A stretch of 64,000 nucleotides of DNA from Magallana gigas (Eukaryota), in assembly GCF_963853765.1 (NCBI RefSeq), contig NC_088858.1:1054001-1118000 (forward strand), read 5' to 3'. The translations under genes and the position numbers were made by a program. The notes under the pieces are model-generated. The model ran no database searches. It was not told the origin of the DNA and saw only the letters and a list, made by a program, of their open reading frames with translations. Within the stretch, counting starts at the first letter, position 1. Every line of letters begins with the position of its first letter. Below, piece after piece: positions 26,141 through 38,820 of the stretch.

Positions 26141-26216
26141 CTAGTAAGGTCCTCGTGCAGTGTCTGAGGATCTGGGGGGTAGAACTTCACCTCAAACTTA
26201 AACTCCCAGGCCAGAC
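26141..26216 (-). CDS. FERM gene exon 4
   Basis: GLAWEFKFEVKFYPPDPQTLHEDLT(R); donor |gtgagt. Confidence 0.93.
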
Positions 26217-26854
26217 CTACAAAGTTAAATTGATAGAATAAATGCATCATGAAAAAGTCTGGTAAATTGGTACCCACAATAGGATCAGAATTGATTTTAT
26301 CAAATTTCTTTTCTTTTCTATTTATTACTGTCTATAACCAAATTTCTCACTTTTATTTTTCATTTTGCCTGTGCAAAGAACAATATTGATTTAGATTTTA
26401 ATCTTCAAAATGTTACATGGAATTTATGACGTGATCGGCATTCATATACATGTACTAACAGTGATTGCATACTTGATTGCTGTAACAAAGTCCATACAAA
26501 GCTGCAGCATGCTAAGATAACATAGGTAATCATAGATTACGAAGCTCACCGAGAAGGAGCATCACCCTTATGAGACATCACCTTCATAAGACCACCTTTA
26601 TCATTTTATATGGAAATCATACTTTATGATCTTGGATATTCATGGATTCTGTTTTGACAAAATATCGTGTATCATCTGATAATTTTTTTTCGGATAATCA
26701 TATGTTCATATGTTAATCAATTCAATGATATAAAATTAAATATTGCATCATGTCATATTTATAATATATATCATATAATACAATAAAATACCGTAATAAA
26801 CAATAATGAGATATGATATTGTAACGTATGATATGACATTGTATTTTGTTATAC

Positions 26855-27231
26855 TTTCATGTTAAATACTGAAATCTGATTGGTTAAGACGCAGTTAATA
26901 ATATTTACTATTACCCTCAGCGTTAGCAACGCACTTGGCAACGGGTAACATTAAAAAATGTTACATGCGCGAAAATTATGCGCGTACGGTTCGCTGTAGA
27001 ATTCACGTTATTCCTATATAAAAGCAGTAAAATTTTCTTAAAAATTATTTTTAAAAAAGACATTCAGTATAACAAAATAAATAGTGCCTGTTTGGGAGGA
27101 TAACAGTTGAAATTGACACCCCTCGAAAACCATTGTCAACCTCCGCTTCGCGTCGGTTGACAATGGTTTTCTCGGGGTGTCAATTTCAACTGTTACCCTC
27201 CCAAACAGGCACTATTTATATAGTGTTATAC
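26855..27231. mobile_element. TIR-less element with a long subterminal hairpin, nested in the HINE AT tract
   Basis: Absent from the first HINE copy; flanked by tgttatac direct repeats; inverted repeat 27078-27218 with ~63-bp arms. Confidence 0.75.
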
Positions 27232-27351
27232 CTTATTGTATTTGATCACATAATACAATATCATAAAATATAATACAATATAGTATTATATTACAATATC
27301 ATATTGCATAATACATCATAACATTGAAACATGATATTATATTGTATAATA

Positions 27352-27868
27352 TTATTTTCATGCATTATAACGTATTCTATCATTGGTTCTTTTGATATCA
27401 CGTGTCAAAGTATAAAAATGCGAATTGACCTGTACTTTCTAAAAATAAGCTTTAAAAACTCGGATTGACCTGTACTTTCTAAATATAGATAAGGAAAATT
27501 TTCCTCTAATGTTAAAATGAATTTGATTGGCTGGCCTGATTCACCCCAACCAATCAAAATTCTCTCCGCGTAAACAAACAACAAAGATGGAAGTTGCAGA
27601 CAGGATATTTCGTAAATTTCGAGTGCGAGAAGTTAGACGACCTGCTAGCTAAATTTTACATGGAAGCTAGAACAACGAATGGAGATATGTATATAAAGAC
27701 TTCGAAAATAATGTAACGAATGTAGTCCTTTCACTCAGTCAATCCATAGATATATCGACTTCACAGAAAAGCATATCGTCCTCGCACTTCGTGCTCGGTC
27801 GATATGCTTTTCTGTGAAGACGATATATCTATGGATCGACCTCATGAAAGGGCTATATTTGTATAATA
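27352..27868. mobile_element. Second TIR-less long-hairpin element nested in the HINE AT tract
   Basis: Absent from the first HINE copy; flanked by ttgtataata direct repeats; inverted repeat at about 27722-27857. Confidence 0.75.
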
Positions 27869-29667
27869 TAGTATGATATTGTATTGAATGACACTGAAAC
27901 ATATTTGATACATTATATGATATTATATCATATTATACAATATGATTTGATTCCAACATTGTATCTTATCAAATGATACAATATTATGTGATAAAGTAAA
28001 ATATTATAAAATACATTATTGTATTATACATATTGTATCATATGACACAATAATATATATTACAATACCATATAATACAATTTCATGTGATATGATAATA
28101 TATCATATAAACCAATATCATATCACACAATATCGTATGATACCATATTATATAATATCACAATATCATATAATACAATTTCATGTGATATAATTCTATA
28201 TTACTGAAACTAATATCATATCATACAATATTGTATGATACAATATAATATTTTGCAATATCTTATGTAATTGTATCATGTGATAAAATAATAAATTAAA
28301 AATACAATATAATATTATACAATATTGTATCATAATATACAATACTATACATAACAATATCATGATACAATATCATATCATAAAATATAAAAAAAAAAAT
28401 GATACAATATCATATCGTATCGTATAACTTTTTATAACTAATATAACAAATGATATCATATTGTATAATATCAAACAATATTGTTTCATATCATACAATA
28501 CTTTATCATAGGAATCATGTTATATCATTTATCAACAAACACATCTATCTATCGAGCTGGTTTGAGTGAGGTAGGAGATTTCTTTAGCATCCTTGATAAT
28601 GGAGATCAGGCTCTGCATTTGAAGCAACCTCTGCGTTTCATTTATAATATAGTTAAATCAACTATGCAAGCTTTCATCTATAAAACATGTGACCTGTTCC
28701 AAAAAACTAAACCTCATCCAGCATCCGAAACCTATGGCTCAGATTCAGCATTCAAGCCCATCAGGTCCATTGGTATCATAAGACGCATCATCCATGCAAG
28801 TTTGGTGAAGTTTGGACCAGTAATAACTAAGATAACATCATCAGAGGGCACTAGCAATTAAAACCTTTACTTCGTCCAGCATCCGCAACCTATGGCTCAG
28901 ATTCAGCATCCATGCCTGTCAGGTGCATCTGTATCATAAGACACACCATCCATTCAAGTTTGGTGAAGTTAGGACCAGTAGTAACTAAGATATAATCATC
29001 AGAGGGCACCTGCAACAAAAACTTTAACCAGCTCTAAAAACCTTAACCTCTTCCAGCATCCGAAACCTATTGCTCATATTCAGCATTCAAGCTTGTCAGG
29101 TGCATCAGTATCATAAGATGCATTATCCATACAAGTTTGGTGAAGTTAGGACCAGTAGTAACTTAGATATTGCTATCAATGGGCACCTGCAACAAAAACT
29201 TTAACCTGCTCCAAAAACCTTAACCTCCTCCAGCATCCGAAACCTATAGCTCAGATTCAGCACTCAAACCTGTCTGGTGCATCAGTATCATAAGACACAC
29301 CATCCATGCAAGTTTGGTGAAGTTATGACCAGCAGTAACTAAGATATTGCTATCAAAGGGCACCTGCAACAAAAACTTTAACCTGGTCCAACAACCTTAA
29401 CCTCCTCCAGCATCTGAAATTTAGGACCCAGATTCAGCATCCAAGTATTTCAAGTCCATAAGTAGGTCCAGATGCATCATCCATGCAAGTTTGGTGAAGA
29501 CAGGACAAGTAATAGCTTAGATACAGGACCTGCAACAAAAACTTTAACCAGGTCCGGACGCCGACGCCGACGCCACCGCCGACGCCGAGGGTATAGCATA
29601 AGCTCTCCTTGACTTCGTCTCGGTGAGCTAAAAATGAAATTAAATGCATGACTGAATTTTTTACTAC

Positions 29668-29710
29668 CTTTCATTTGCTTGGATATCTTTTTCTCTACAT
29701 TGAGCCATTC
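29668..29710 (-). CDS. FERM gene exon 3
   Basis: EWLNVEKKISKQMK(G); cttgcag| acceptor and |gtagta donor; phases join exons 2 and 4. Confidence 0.9.
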
Positions 29711-29739
29711 CTGCAAGACAACAAAACTGAGTTATTAGT

Positions 29740-29784
<45 letters not shown>

Positions 29785-31912
29785 ATCTTTGGGCTTTGTA
29801 TTGATCATATCGATTCTTTTTAAACTAACAGTGTGAAGATCTAATTACTTACTAGTTTTACAGCGAAATTGATGAAAACCCTTCTCATATGTTAATTAGG
29901 CATATGCTCTTGAAATATTAATTAGCATAGACATGGGAAAGTTAACTCTTTGTCAGATAATACAAACAGCTACAAAACAATATATGTTGGCATTATGCTA
30001 TTTCTTGGGGTCTGTGTATTTGGAGGGGGTGGGGTGGGGGGTCATTGTGATTTGACTCTCTCTTCCATGTGTCAGGGTCCCTGACGTATTTACATCGGTG
30101 GTTAGCTGAGTGGGCTTATCACTGTGAATTACTCGACCGTCCTCAAGGAACAACAAATCAACTGAACTACAGTGTCATTCGGGTCTGTAGAATGTTTACT
30201 CAAGGGAAGCTACTGTGTGATAACAACTCCACACATAGGCACTGGCCCAGGGAATCACAAATGACTTTACAGCAAACAACAGTCAATAATCTCAAAATAT
30301 TCTGCAGTTATTGACTCGCAGTCAAACAGAAGAATAATTTATCATGTTTATCACTTGTTTTCTTTCTGCTGTAATACTTCAAAATAATATGACCTAACTT
30401 AATAATTCAGTTGACTTGCATTTCTATAAAAAAATGAACCTCAATTTTCATAACATTTACTACCGGTAATTTGCCTGAAACAGCTTGATGGTAATGGAGC
30501 AGTTCATCATAATTTAAGCCCTCGCCCTTGACCTGATATAGACAGGTTCAGAGTTTGTGTTCTTTCCCCTCAGAGAACTAATCAATCAAAATGAACAGGT
30601 ATTGATTCAATGCAAATGCCTCTGAATTAATGCTATTTTACTCTTCCTCACAGAGTTCAAGTTAATTCTTTGTGTTTTGTAGTAAATTAGTTGACAGATG
30701 ATTTGTTGATGGATGGTTGAATTCCGTGCTCAGGTAAGTCCTGATTAGACAGGATCTACAGGTATTATACAGGTGTATCTCACCTGGATCAATGATTACC
30801 TGCACCCGGAAGACCATGAAAACCGAGTTACCTGACATATATTAAGGTCACCCAAAAAGAAGTAAACAATCTTCTCCAGCAATATTTCAATTTTTCTTCA
30901 ATTCATTCAGTTTCAACTAAATTTTCAATACATTTTTACATATGATAAAACTTGATCTTGCTGTGATCAAACAAAAGATGGATTTTTCGTGCCTTTATTA
31001 GATTTGTTTAATCTTTATGAGCTTTGGTGTCTGCATTGAATTTAACAACTAGCGCATCTAGGATTTCTCACAATTTACGATGTGTGTTTTACTTAGCGAT
31101 CATGGGAATTTTGCTGTAAATTTAACAGTTCAATCAATTTAAATGCCCACCTCCCAAAGGACGACAACAGAAATCATCACCTCAGTGAACAGGATTACCC
31201 ACCAAATTATCGAGGACACTCCATTAAATCTAGTTCTGGTGAATTGACCCCATAAGACACATTACATCAGGTGACACCCCAATAATAGAACCAAGGTGAC
31301 TGACCCCAGAACAGACCGTCCATAAAGAAAACTTGCACTAGTTCAAAGGCTGCACTATTTTTTATAATTGTTTTTACTTTAAATAATTGTCTATTTACAT
31401 GCACTTTAAGAGTACATTTTTTTCAAATATAGCGTACATTTACAATAAAAAGATGTAAACAGTGTATACTGAGAAAATACCAGAATGCCAACATTTTCCT
31501 TCATGAACTATTGAGCAAACCGTGCAGGGTTTGGATATCTTGTGGTTTATTACCTGATAATAAAATCACACTTATACAAGTGCTGCCCGCAGAAAACATT
31601 ATAAATAAGACACTTTAGCTGCTACTGAATTCTTGTACATGTATAATACATGTATATGTTTTCATCATGCATTCTCTGTTTTTTTACCATCCACACAACA
31701 GTGAAAAACAGACATATCAATAGCTTATATATAACATGTATATGGTTTCTTTTTTTATTGTTTTGTACTAGAACTAGAAAACTGACCAGTCAGGAAGGGC
31801 CCCGCTATGACAATTAATATAGAGAAGTGAAAAAAACTTTGAATTCCATCCTCTTTATATTAACAATGATGAAACATAAATGCCCAGCAGAAGATGTAAA
31901 GAACTGGACTAT

Positions 31913-32047
31913 ATAGGATCTCATGATTTGTAGTTGGATATGATTTTCATCCAACAATTAAAGTGTTTTTTTCTTGAACCTTAGTTAGGGGATAAAACAC
32001 ACAAGTTGGATAAAAATCATATTATACTGCAAATCATGAGATTCTAT
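31913..32047. repeat. Long imperfect palindrome, probably another hairpin-type element
   Basis: ataggatctcatgatttgtag...catccaac is inverted as gttggataaaaatcat...gcaaatcatgagattctat. Confidence 0.7.
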
Positions 32048-32659
32048 TTATCCCATATTTTATACACCGCAATCAATGTTTACACTGTTTATAAAACTCT
32101 ACATTATTTTACTTCATTATGCCTAGGCAAATCCCATTGTAAAGTCACAACTGTGGGATATCAAAAAAATATCCAATGAGTCATATCCACGGGATAAAGT
32201 GGGTTAACATGGGATGAAATAAAATTTGTTAAAAAAACAAAGAATTGATACCAATGCAATGATACCTAGGCTTTGCCTCTATTCAATAAAATTATTATAA
32301 ATCATTGTATTTTAACCGAAATAAAATATGAATATTATATTTTAAATCCATATTTCAAAGAATGTACACAATACTATACACATCATTCAAAATTGACCTT
32401 AACTTCAAAACAAAGTTCATTTGCAGACACAGGCAGTGCAGTAATTAATCTCAATGTGACAGATAAAGATAAAGCTTAGGATTTTCTTCCTGTGGAAGGT
32501 TAATTAATCCCAAAGGACAAATATTGCACAGCCTTCCATGTATACAACGGTAACATTCTCAGCAGTTATCTCTCTTTGCCCATTCATTCTCAGCAGTTAT
32601 CTCTCTTTGCCCATTCTTCTTATGCATAGTTAGGAATCTACCCCACCACCCCAGCTCCA

Positions 32660-32880
32660 AACCAGAAGACATAGAGAACCAAACTTAGCATCAAAATATG
32701 TATTTCTGCCTACTGAACTACCATACCAAATTTGAACTTGATTGGGCAACCATAAAAAAAGTTATTAGAAAAAAACAGGAAATTTGTGGACGGAAGAGTG
32801 ACAGACGGACGGACAGAAGGACGGACGGACAGAGTGATTACTATAGGGCACCCGCAAATCCTTGCGGGGCCCTAATAATT
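32660..32880 (-). mobile_element. pearl/HINE-type element fragment
   Basis: (ACGG)n-like microsatellite followed by the self-complementary end agggcacccgcaaatccttgcggggccct. Confidence 0.8.
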
Positions 32881-32896
32881 ATTGATTAAAAATATT

Positions 32897-33256
32897 AACA
32901 AGTGAAAAGATGTCAATGTGACAGCAAACCGGGTTTTCTTTTATGTGAACTGTATCCATAATTCATGTCAACCCGTTCCAGTGAAATGGAGTACCCTATA
33001 TGCAATATTTTGCCAAAAAAAGACTAAGTTCAAAAGCTGGTATTTTTTTGATAAATAATCAGAAATCAAAATCCTAGCAATATGCACACCTCTGATATAT
33101 GTACAATTGATCTGCAAAAGAACAACTTCCTATCTTGAAAACTGTAGGAGGAGTACAATGAGGGTACCCTTTTGGCAGCCGCCCGGCCACCTGCCCGCCC
33201 GCCTGTCATTTTCACCATTTTAATAACCGGATTTTTCCGTTGGAAAACCCGGTTAA
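32897..33256 (+). mobile_element. HINE-type non-autonomous element
   Basis: Subterminal inverted repeat aaccgggttttc / gaaaacccggtt, a 3' palindrome, and (gccc)n near the end. Confidence 0.7.
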
Positions 33257-33656
33257 CAAATATCCTCCATAGATGTTTGGTGCATGTATGTGCCTTCTGC
33301 ATCCAGAAGTACCAAATTTTTAATAACTTTCCAGTATATCAGAAAATGACAAGGAAGAGATATAGATTTTATATTAAGATCTCATTCTCTTCAAAATACC
33401 GGTACATTGTACAGGATATTGCTTATGAAGGGGCACCTGCAATGGGTCTTTGACCACAAAGAGATCGTCTTTTACTCGATCATCTTGAACATTGGTAAAT
33501 CCAACATGAGAATTTATATCAATTTGTTTAACTTCTTTCAGAGATTAGATTTTTTTAGTTACCGGTACTTTTTTGTAAGTTTATTTGGTAAGTTTCTTTA
33601 AAGTTTGTTTATTCACTTAATGGACAGGCCTTGGTTTACACAGTCCTTACACCTAC

Positions 33657-33764
33657 CCTGAGTCCAGTGTGAAGTCCTGTAAATGACAGTCCAAAGTAAT
33701 CCTTCTCAATCAAGTCCAAGTGCTCACACACTTTGTCGAAAAGAATTTGTCCGACAGCTCGTTT
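33657..33764 (-). CDS. FERM gene exon 2 (FERM N-lobe)
   Basis: [36 protein letters not shown] resembles the EPB41L3-type [22 protein letters not shown] motif. Confidence 0.95.
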
Positions 33765-33866
33765 CTGAAAGTTAAAAAAAAATGAGATTGAATATGTCTG
33801 TTGACCATGAGCCCAGTGTATACTTGTTACTATGGTAACCTGACTGAATGATGCGGAACTACTTAC

Positions 33867-33965
33867 ATCTACATCGATTTCGAATAGTTTGCCGTCCAGG
33901 AGATGGATGCGACAGATGACTGAGCGGGCGGTGCGAACCTGCGTGATCCTCCGATTCTCACCCAT
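33867..33965 (-). CDS. First coding exon of a protein 4.1 / EPB41L-family FERM gene (paralogue not assignable)
   Basis: ttttag|aaATG; MGENRRITQVRTARSVICRIHLLDGKLFEIDVD|gtaagt. Exons 1-11 chain in frame (1084 nt for exons 1-10). Confidence 0.88.
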
Positions 33966-34956
33966 TTCTAAAATAAATAAAATCCTGTTATCAAATTTGG
34001 GACATTTGTGGTTTCGAGAGTCAGACAACAGAGAGTATGGATAAATCTGAAATACTAGGATGAATATATATGTGATTTACAGATTAATTACAGACCATTC
34101 CAAGATTAGCGTATGTACTAGACTCATAACTATGTACTCACAATATTATAATGCCTCGATCGATCTATGATCTCGATCCTTCCTTCATTTACCCCACTCC
34201 CAGGACACTAGCTCCCATCCCATCCACTTGATTGATCCTAATTTCTAAGTACATGAGCCCCCCCCCAAAAAAAAACCCTTTCACATCCTTGGTTTAATTA
34301 ACTGGGCTTTAATCCTTACTTTACTAGAATACATAACTAAAAACCTAGGGATCAATATTTACAGAACACAAATGTGGGAATATGCATATAACTTCATGAC
34401 CATGCTTTTCATGAAAAAATTCGTCCATAGTTTTTCAATGTAATAAAAAAAATTCAAGATTATGGGTTAATGTAATGATTAGTTATGGACTGGATAGTAT
34501 TTTATCATAATTTCATGAAAAAGTTCCACAGGTGTATCTTATCTAGTGCATTGGATAAGAACATCATGAAAGAGTGACTTCCCTTGAATGCATAAGTCGC
34601 TTCCCGTTTTGAACTTTTAGAGAATTAATTAATGGGGTTTTGAATCCTAAGCTCATGGAGATTGAATAAAAAACGACAATACATAACACAGACCGCCCCT
34701 CCCAAAGATTCTGTTTCCTAACACTTGTTTAATAACTTCTGCTTCAAATGCGGAAATCAGTTTAACAAATTACAGGTGTAAACAGCGTGCACAGGTAGAT
34801 CATTACAATAGCATATCTTGTAGAAAGGAAACAAACTTATAGGGAATGTGGCATGTTGTTTGGAATCGGTAAACTTACCATTTGTTCGAGGGTCCGTATA
34901 TTCGCAGGCTTGTTTTTATATCATGTCGGTTATCAAAATATCCAAACGCTTAAAAT

Positions 34957-34985
34957 GCAGCGCCACCTAGCGGTCCGTGACGTCA
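34957..34985. promoter_or_regulatory. CTCF-like motif adjacent to a CRE palindrome
   Basis: The minus strand reads ccgctaggtggcgctgc (CTCF core-like), and tgacgtca lies at 34978-34985. Confidence 0.4.
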
Positions 34986-36773
34986 CCGTCTCAGGTATTC
35001 CGTATGGTAAATCAAAAAATATGTGGACCGTCGGCAGGGAAATTACTCGAAAATCGGGTAGTTGCATTCATAACAAATATTGTGAAAAAAAGCCAAAATG
35101 AATTAGGGATAAATATATATATAATCAAGATACTTTAAAAAATAATTAGTTTATTTTATATATAGACCGTCATTTCCTTATTTTACTTCTGGAATGTATG
35201 TTGATCTACATGTTTTCACGTTTACCTGTTTATAGGGGAGGAACGGAGAATAGGATGCAGTCACAAAGTCCGCCCATTGAGGACACCCCCCCCCCCACCC
35301 CCTCACAATTAATTTATATCTTTATCGGCCAAATTAAAGATAGGGCTTTTTATGCAATGATCGCTGTTTTGGAAAAAAAAATCGCTTCAAGATATGAATG
35401 GGTCATATTATCAATCAGTCACTAAATGATGACACAACCATTCCTTGGCATAAGTCATCAAGAGTACTACTAATTAAAACACGTGTATAACTGATAGGAA
35501 AAGGTATCGACCCTTGTTCATTATCTGTTCACGATGATAAATTAAAATATTTTGTGACGCTGAAACAAGGAGATCAATAAACATTGACCTTGGGTTCCCT
35601 GAAGATTAAAAGGAAAATGTCGCATTATATTTTATTTTGTTTACATTTTAAAATAAAATATAGATACTAATATAAAATATTCATAGTCTCTGATACGCCC
35701 CATTTGAAGGGCGCTGGGTTTTAGTGATGACCATACGCAAATCTGATCAATAAGTTAGCCACGTTTTCTCAGAGTTTTTGCAATCTGTAATCTGTGTAAA
35801 CATTTTACTATAAAAAAAAATATTTTGACATGGTTTTCTTAATTTACCAATTTCGGTAATGTTTTAAGATGTTTACGCATTTTTGTCTTCATCAGTTTAA
35901 TAATTGAATTACTTGCTCAGTATTAAAGGTACAAAGATAACAATGTTTGAATACTGCGTTGTTAATTTTTCTGCCTGTTCTGTTTTCCTTTATATTAAAG
36001 CACCAAGTGAACGATAAAATTACGGTGATTGATAAAGCTGTGATTCCAGCATTGAGAATCTTTGAATTTGAAAATCTGGACGTGTTTAAAACTGTTTAAA
36101 GCATATTCTTCCGGCAGGCGGATTGATGACCAAGGGGACCCCATACATAGGTTAAAATTTGTCCACATCCCCCATTACTTTCAAAAACAATGCTACGAGC
36201 CTGTCTCAACGCACAATTGCAAGTTATGTCGTTTTAGTAGAAATTGGTCCTGTCATTTTGAAATATTACATCACGTGGTTCTTAGATTTCCCAACATATA
36301 GGTTTTGGATTAATGATGAGTTGTAAATTGTACATATTTATGGAATTTAACAATTTAATTGCGTTTTTCAAAACTTTAGGCTTTATAAGTTCACAATGGA
36401 ATATGACAAACTAAAATATAAATTTAAATTGCTTGCTTCATTGTTTTTGTTTTCAAATTAAAGAACAAACCGGTCTGATAAATTAATTACAGCCATTATT
36501 ACCGGTATTACATTTGCAATGATAAAAATTAATTGCAATTTTCAATGTAATTTACTTGGTTGAGCCTTTAGTTTTCTGAACGCAGGTATCATAAAGACAT
36601 TTGAAAATCACGCAGCTTTGTTAAAAAGTTGACACTGTAGAAAACGAAACAAGTCAAGTATAAAACGAGACGGAATATCGCTTTCTGTCCAAACTGAATT
36701 ATGTTTATTACTTTTATATAGAAAAAAGCGCCGTTTTGTTGTTATCAGCGACTTGGATAAAATATGTACTCAC

Positions 36774-36900
36774 CTAACACAAATAACACATGTCGAGGAC
36801 TAACGGTGAATACATTTACTATTTAGATTACTTCACCGAACTTTGTACACGTCTGTAAAATCACTGCTTCAGTGCTATGATTTAATACCATTCTTTTACC
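36774..36900 (-). other. Candidate 5' non-coding exon of the FERM gene (upstream boundary approximate)
   Basis: Consensus donor ttag|gtgagt at 36774/36773; the ATG exon begins at an acceptor, so an upstream exon must exist. Confidence 0.35.
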
Positions 36901-38509
36901 AAAGATAAAATATTTCACATCTTGAACCCTCTCTCTTCCACAGGCACCGTGGACATCTATTACCCCCCCCCCCCCACCCCGAATCTTATTTTTTTTTTAA
37001 ATAATACGAGGTAAACTTGTACTTTTTTCTTGTTTAAGTTTTTATGTGAATAATAATTGATAATGTAACCTATTCGTCTTTAAAACTGTTTTTTAAATTT
37101 TTGCGTTTTTGACTGACTTTCATTGATATTAAGAGAGTCTTATTGCATGCGACCTTAATCTTGATTTGAATGATTTCTTCTAAATTCTTCAAACTACTGC
37201 CCCCCCCCCCCCCCCTTACAAACACATGCATTACAGGTACTATAAATACCAGCACACCCCCTTCATCTCCACTGCAATGTGATAAAATTAAGAAACAAAA
37301 CCCAGCCGTAGAATGGAGTCATTTAATTATTGTTCATTTACATGGATTGACACATTACATGTTCTAGACTTCTGAATTTTAAATTTAAAACAGTAACTTT
37401 ATTAAAATAAATGGTCACTTTACCCTTAATTACACAAATTTTCATTTGAACTGATAAATTAATACATGTTTTCTGAATTTAAGAGTCTTGCATGTTTGAC
37501 ATATTACAATTTGGTTTTTTTTCTCAAATGTATAAATACTTATTACTTTGTTAAGTAATGATTAAACATGAAGGGGAAATAACTTGTCCTGACGGAGATT
37601 ATTGTCATGCATTGACATAAGGTGTGTCTGTATACAGTATATCAAACACAGGAAATAAGTACGGGATAATTATAAAAATCATCCAAGAAATAGCAATGAA
37701 ACATCCTTAAGAAGATATCAACATCCTTGAGGTAGTCACCATAGCAACAATGAAAAATCTTATCATAAATTAAAAAATACACAGAAATTGCACTTTAAAA
37801 ATATTTCAGAGGATGAAAGACAGAATAGATTAGACAAACTTTTCTTGATTCAAATAAAACCATAACGTAAAATACAAAAATGAAAGGAGAAAATATTATA
37901 GACAGTGAGACTAGAGTTATAAATTGTATATATGCAGCATTGGCAAAGAATGATGGGAAGGAAGGGGGGGGGGGTGATTAAACTGGATCAAACTCCATTT
38001 TCAATTCCACACATAGCTGTATTATTAGTATTACACACATTAATTATACAGACAAGGCGTTACACCATGTAAACAAGTACAGCAGATCTTCAATACAAAA
38101 GATAAGTCTACATGTAATTGTTTCATTTGAAGCCAAAATACATGAAAGGATTAATTCAGCATACATCGTCAGACATCAAGAAAAATCAGATCCCTTCTTA
38201 TTGGCTGGGCCGAACACATTGAACTTTTCTGTTCTCATTTGTAAAAATATTTACCGTTAGTATTCTCAATCCACCAACAAGAGAGCAAAGCTTTACAGTT
38301 TTAGAAGTATCAAAATGGTACTCTTGCAAAAACATGTTGGTATTAATAAAAGCATCCTTAATAAGTATTATAGCAACTGGTTAAAATTTCCTTCCAAAAA
38401 GTTAAAAAAACACAAGTTAAATGGGGCATGAATTATTCATGAGAACAAGCAAAGTTTATTTACTTTTCCCAATATTTTAAAGTGTAAACTTAGTGTTTAC
38501 AAAACTGGC

Positions 38510-38820
38510 CAAATTGACATTGCCTAGGCTACACAGGGCGATCCAATCAGAACAAGACATATTAATTGATATTGACGTTGCCTAGGCTACACAGGGCGAT
38601 CCAATCAGAACAAGACATTGATATTGACATTGCCTAGGCTACACAGGGCGATCCAATCAGAACAAAGACATAATTGATATTGACGTTGCCTAGGCTACAC
38701 AGGGCGATCCAATCAGAACAAGACATTGATATTGACGTTGCCTAGGCTACACAGGGCGATCCAATCAGAACGAGACATGATTGATGTTGACATTGGCTAA
38801 GCTACACAGAGCGTCCACGT
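38510..38820. repeat. 52-58 bp minisatellite: 5 copies plus 1 divergent copy inside the ASB-like ORF end
   Basis: gcctaggctacacagggcgatccaatcagaac at 38522, 38580, 38632, 38688 and 38740; the divergent copy is near 38795. Confidence 0.95.

Larger units (their letters stand above)
26521..29632 (-). mobile_element. Second copy of the satellite-bearing HINE, with two nested insertions
   Basis: Same termini as 9868-12179 (cataggtaatc...agctcaccgag / ctcggtgagctaaaa); 177-bp monomers at about 28710, 29045, 29222 and 29399. Confidence 0.88.

Noticed and set aside
38510-38820. Repeat array superficially like a CRISPR
   Set aside because: Units are head-to-tail without unique spacers, the context is eukaryotic and there are no cas genes; the same applies to the 177-bp and 31-bp arrays.
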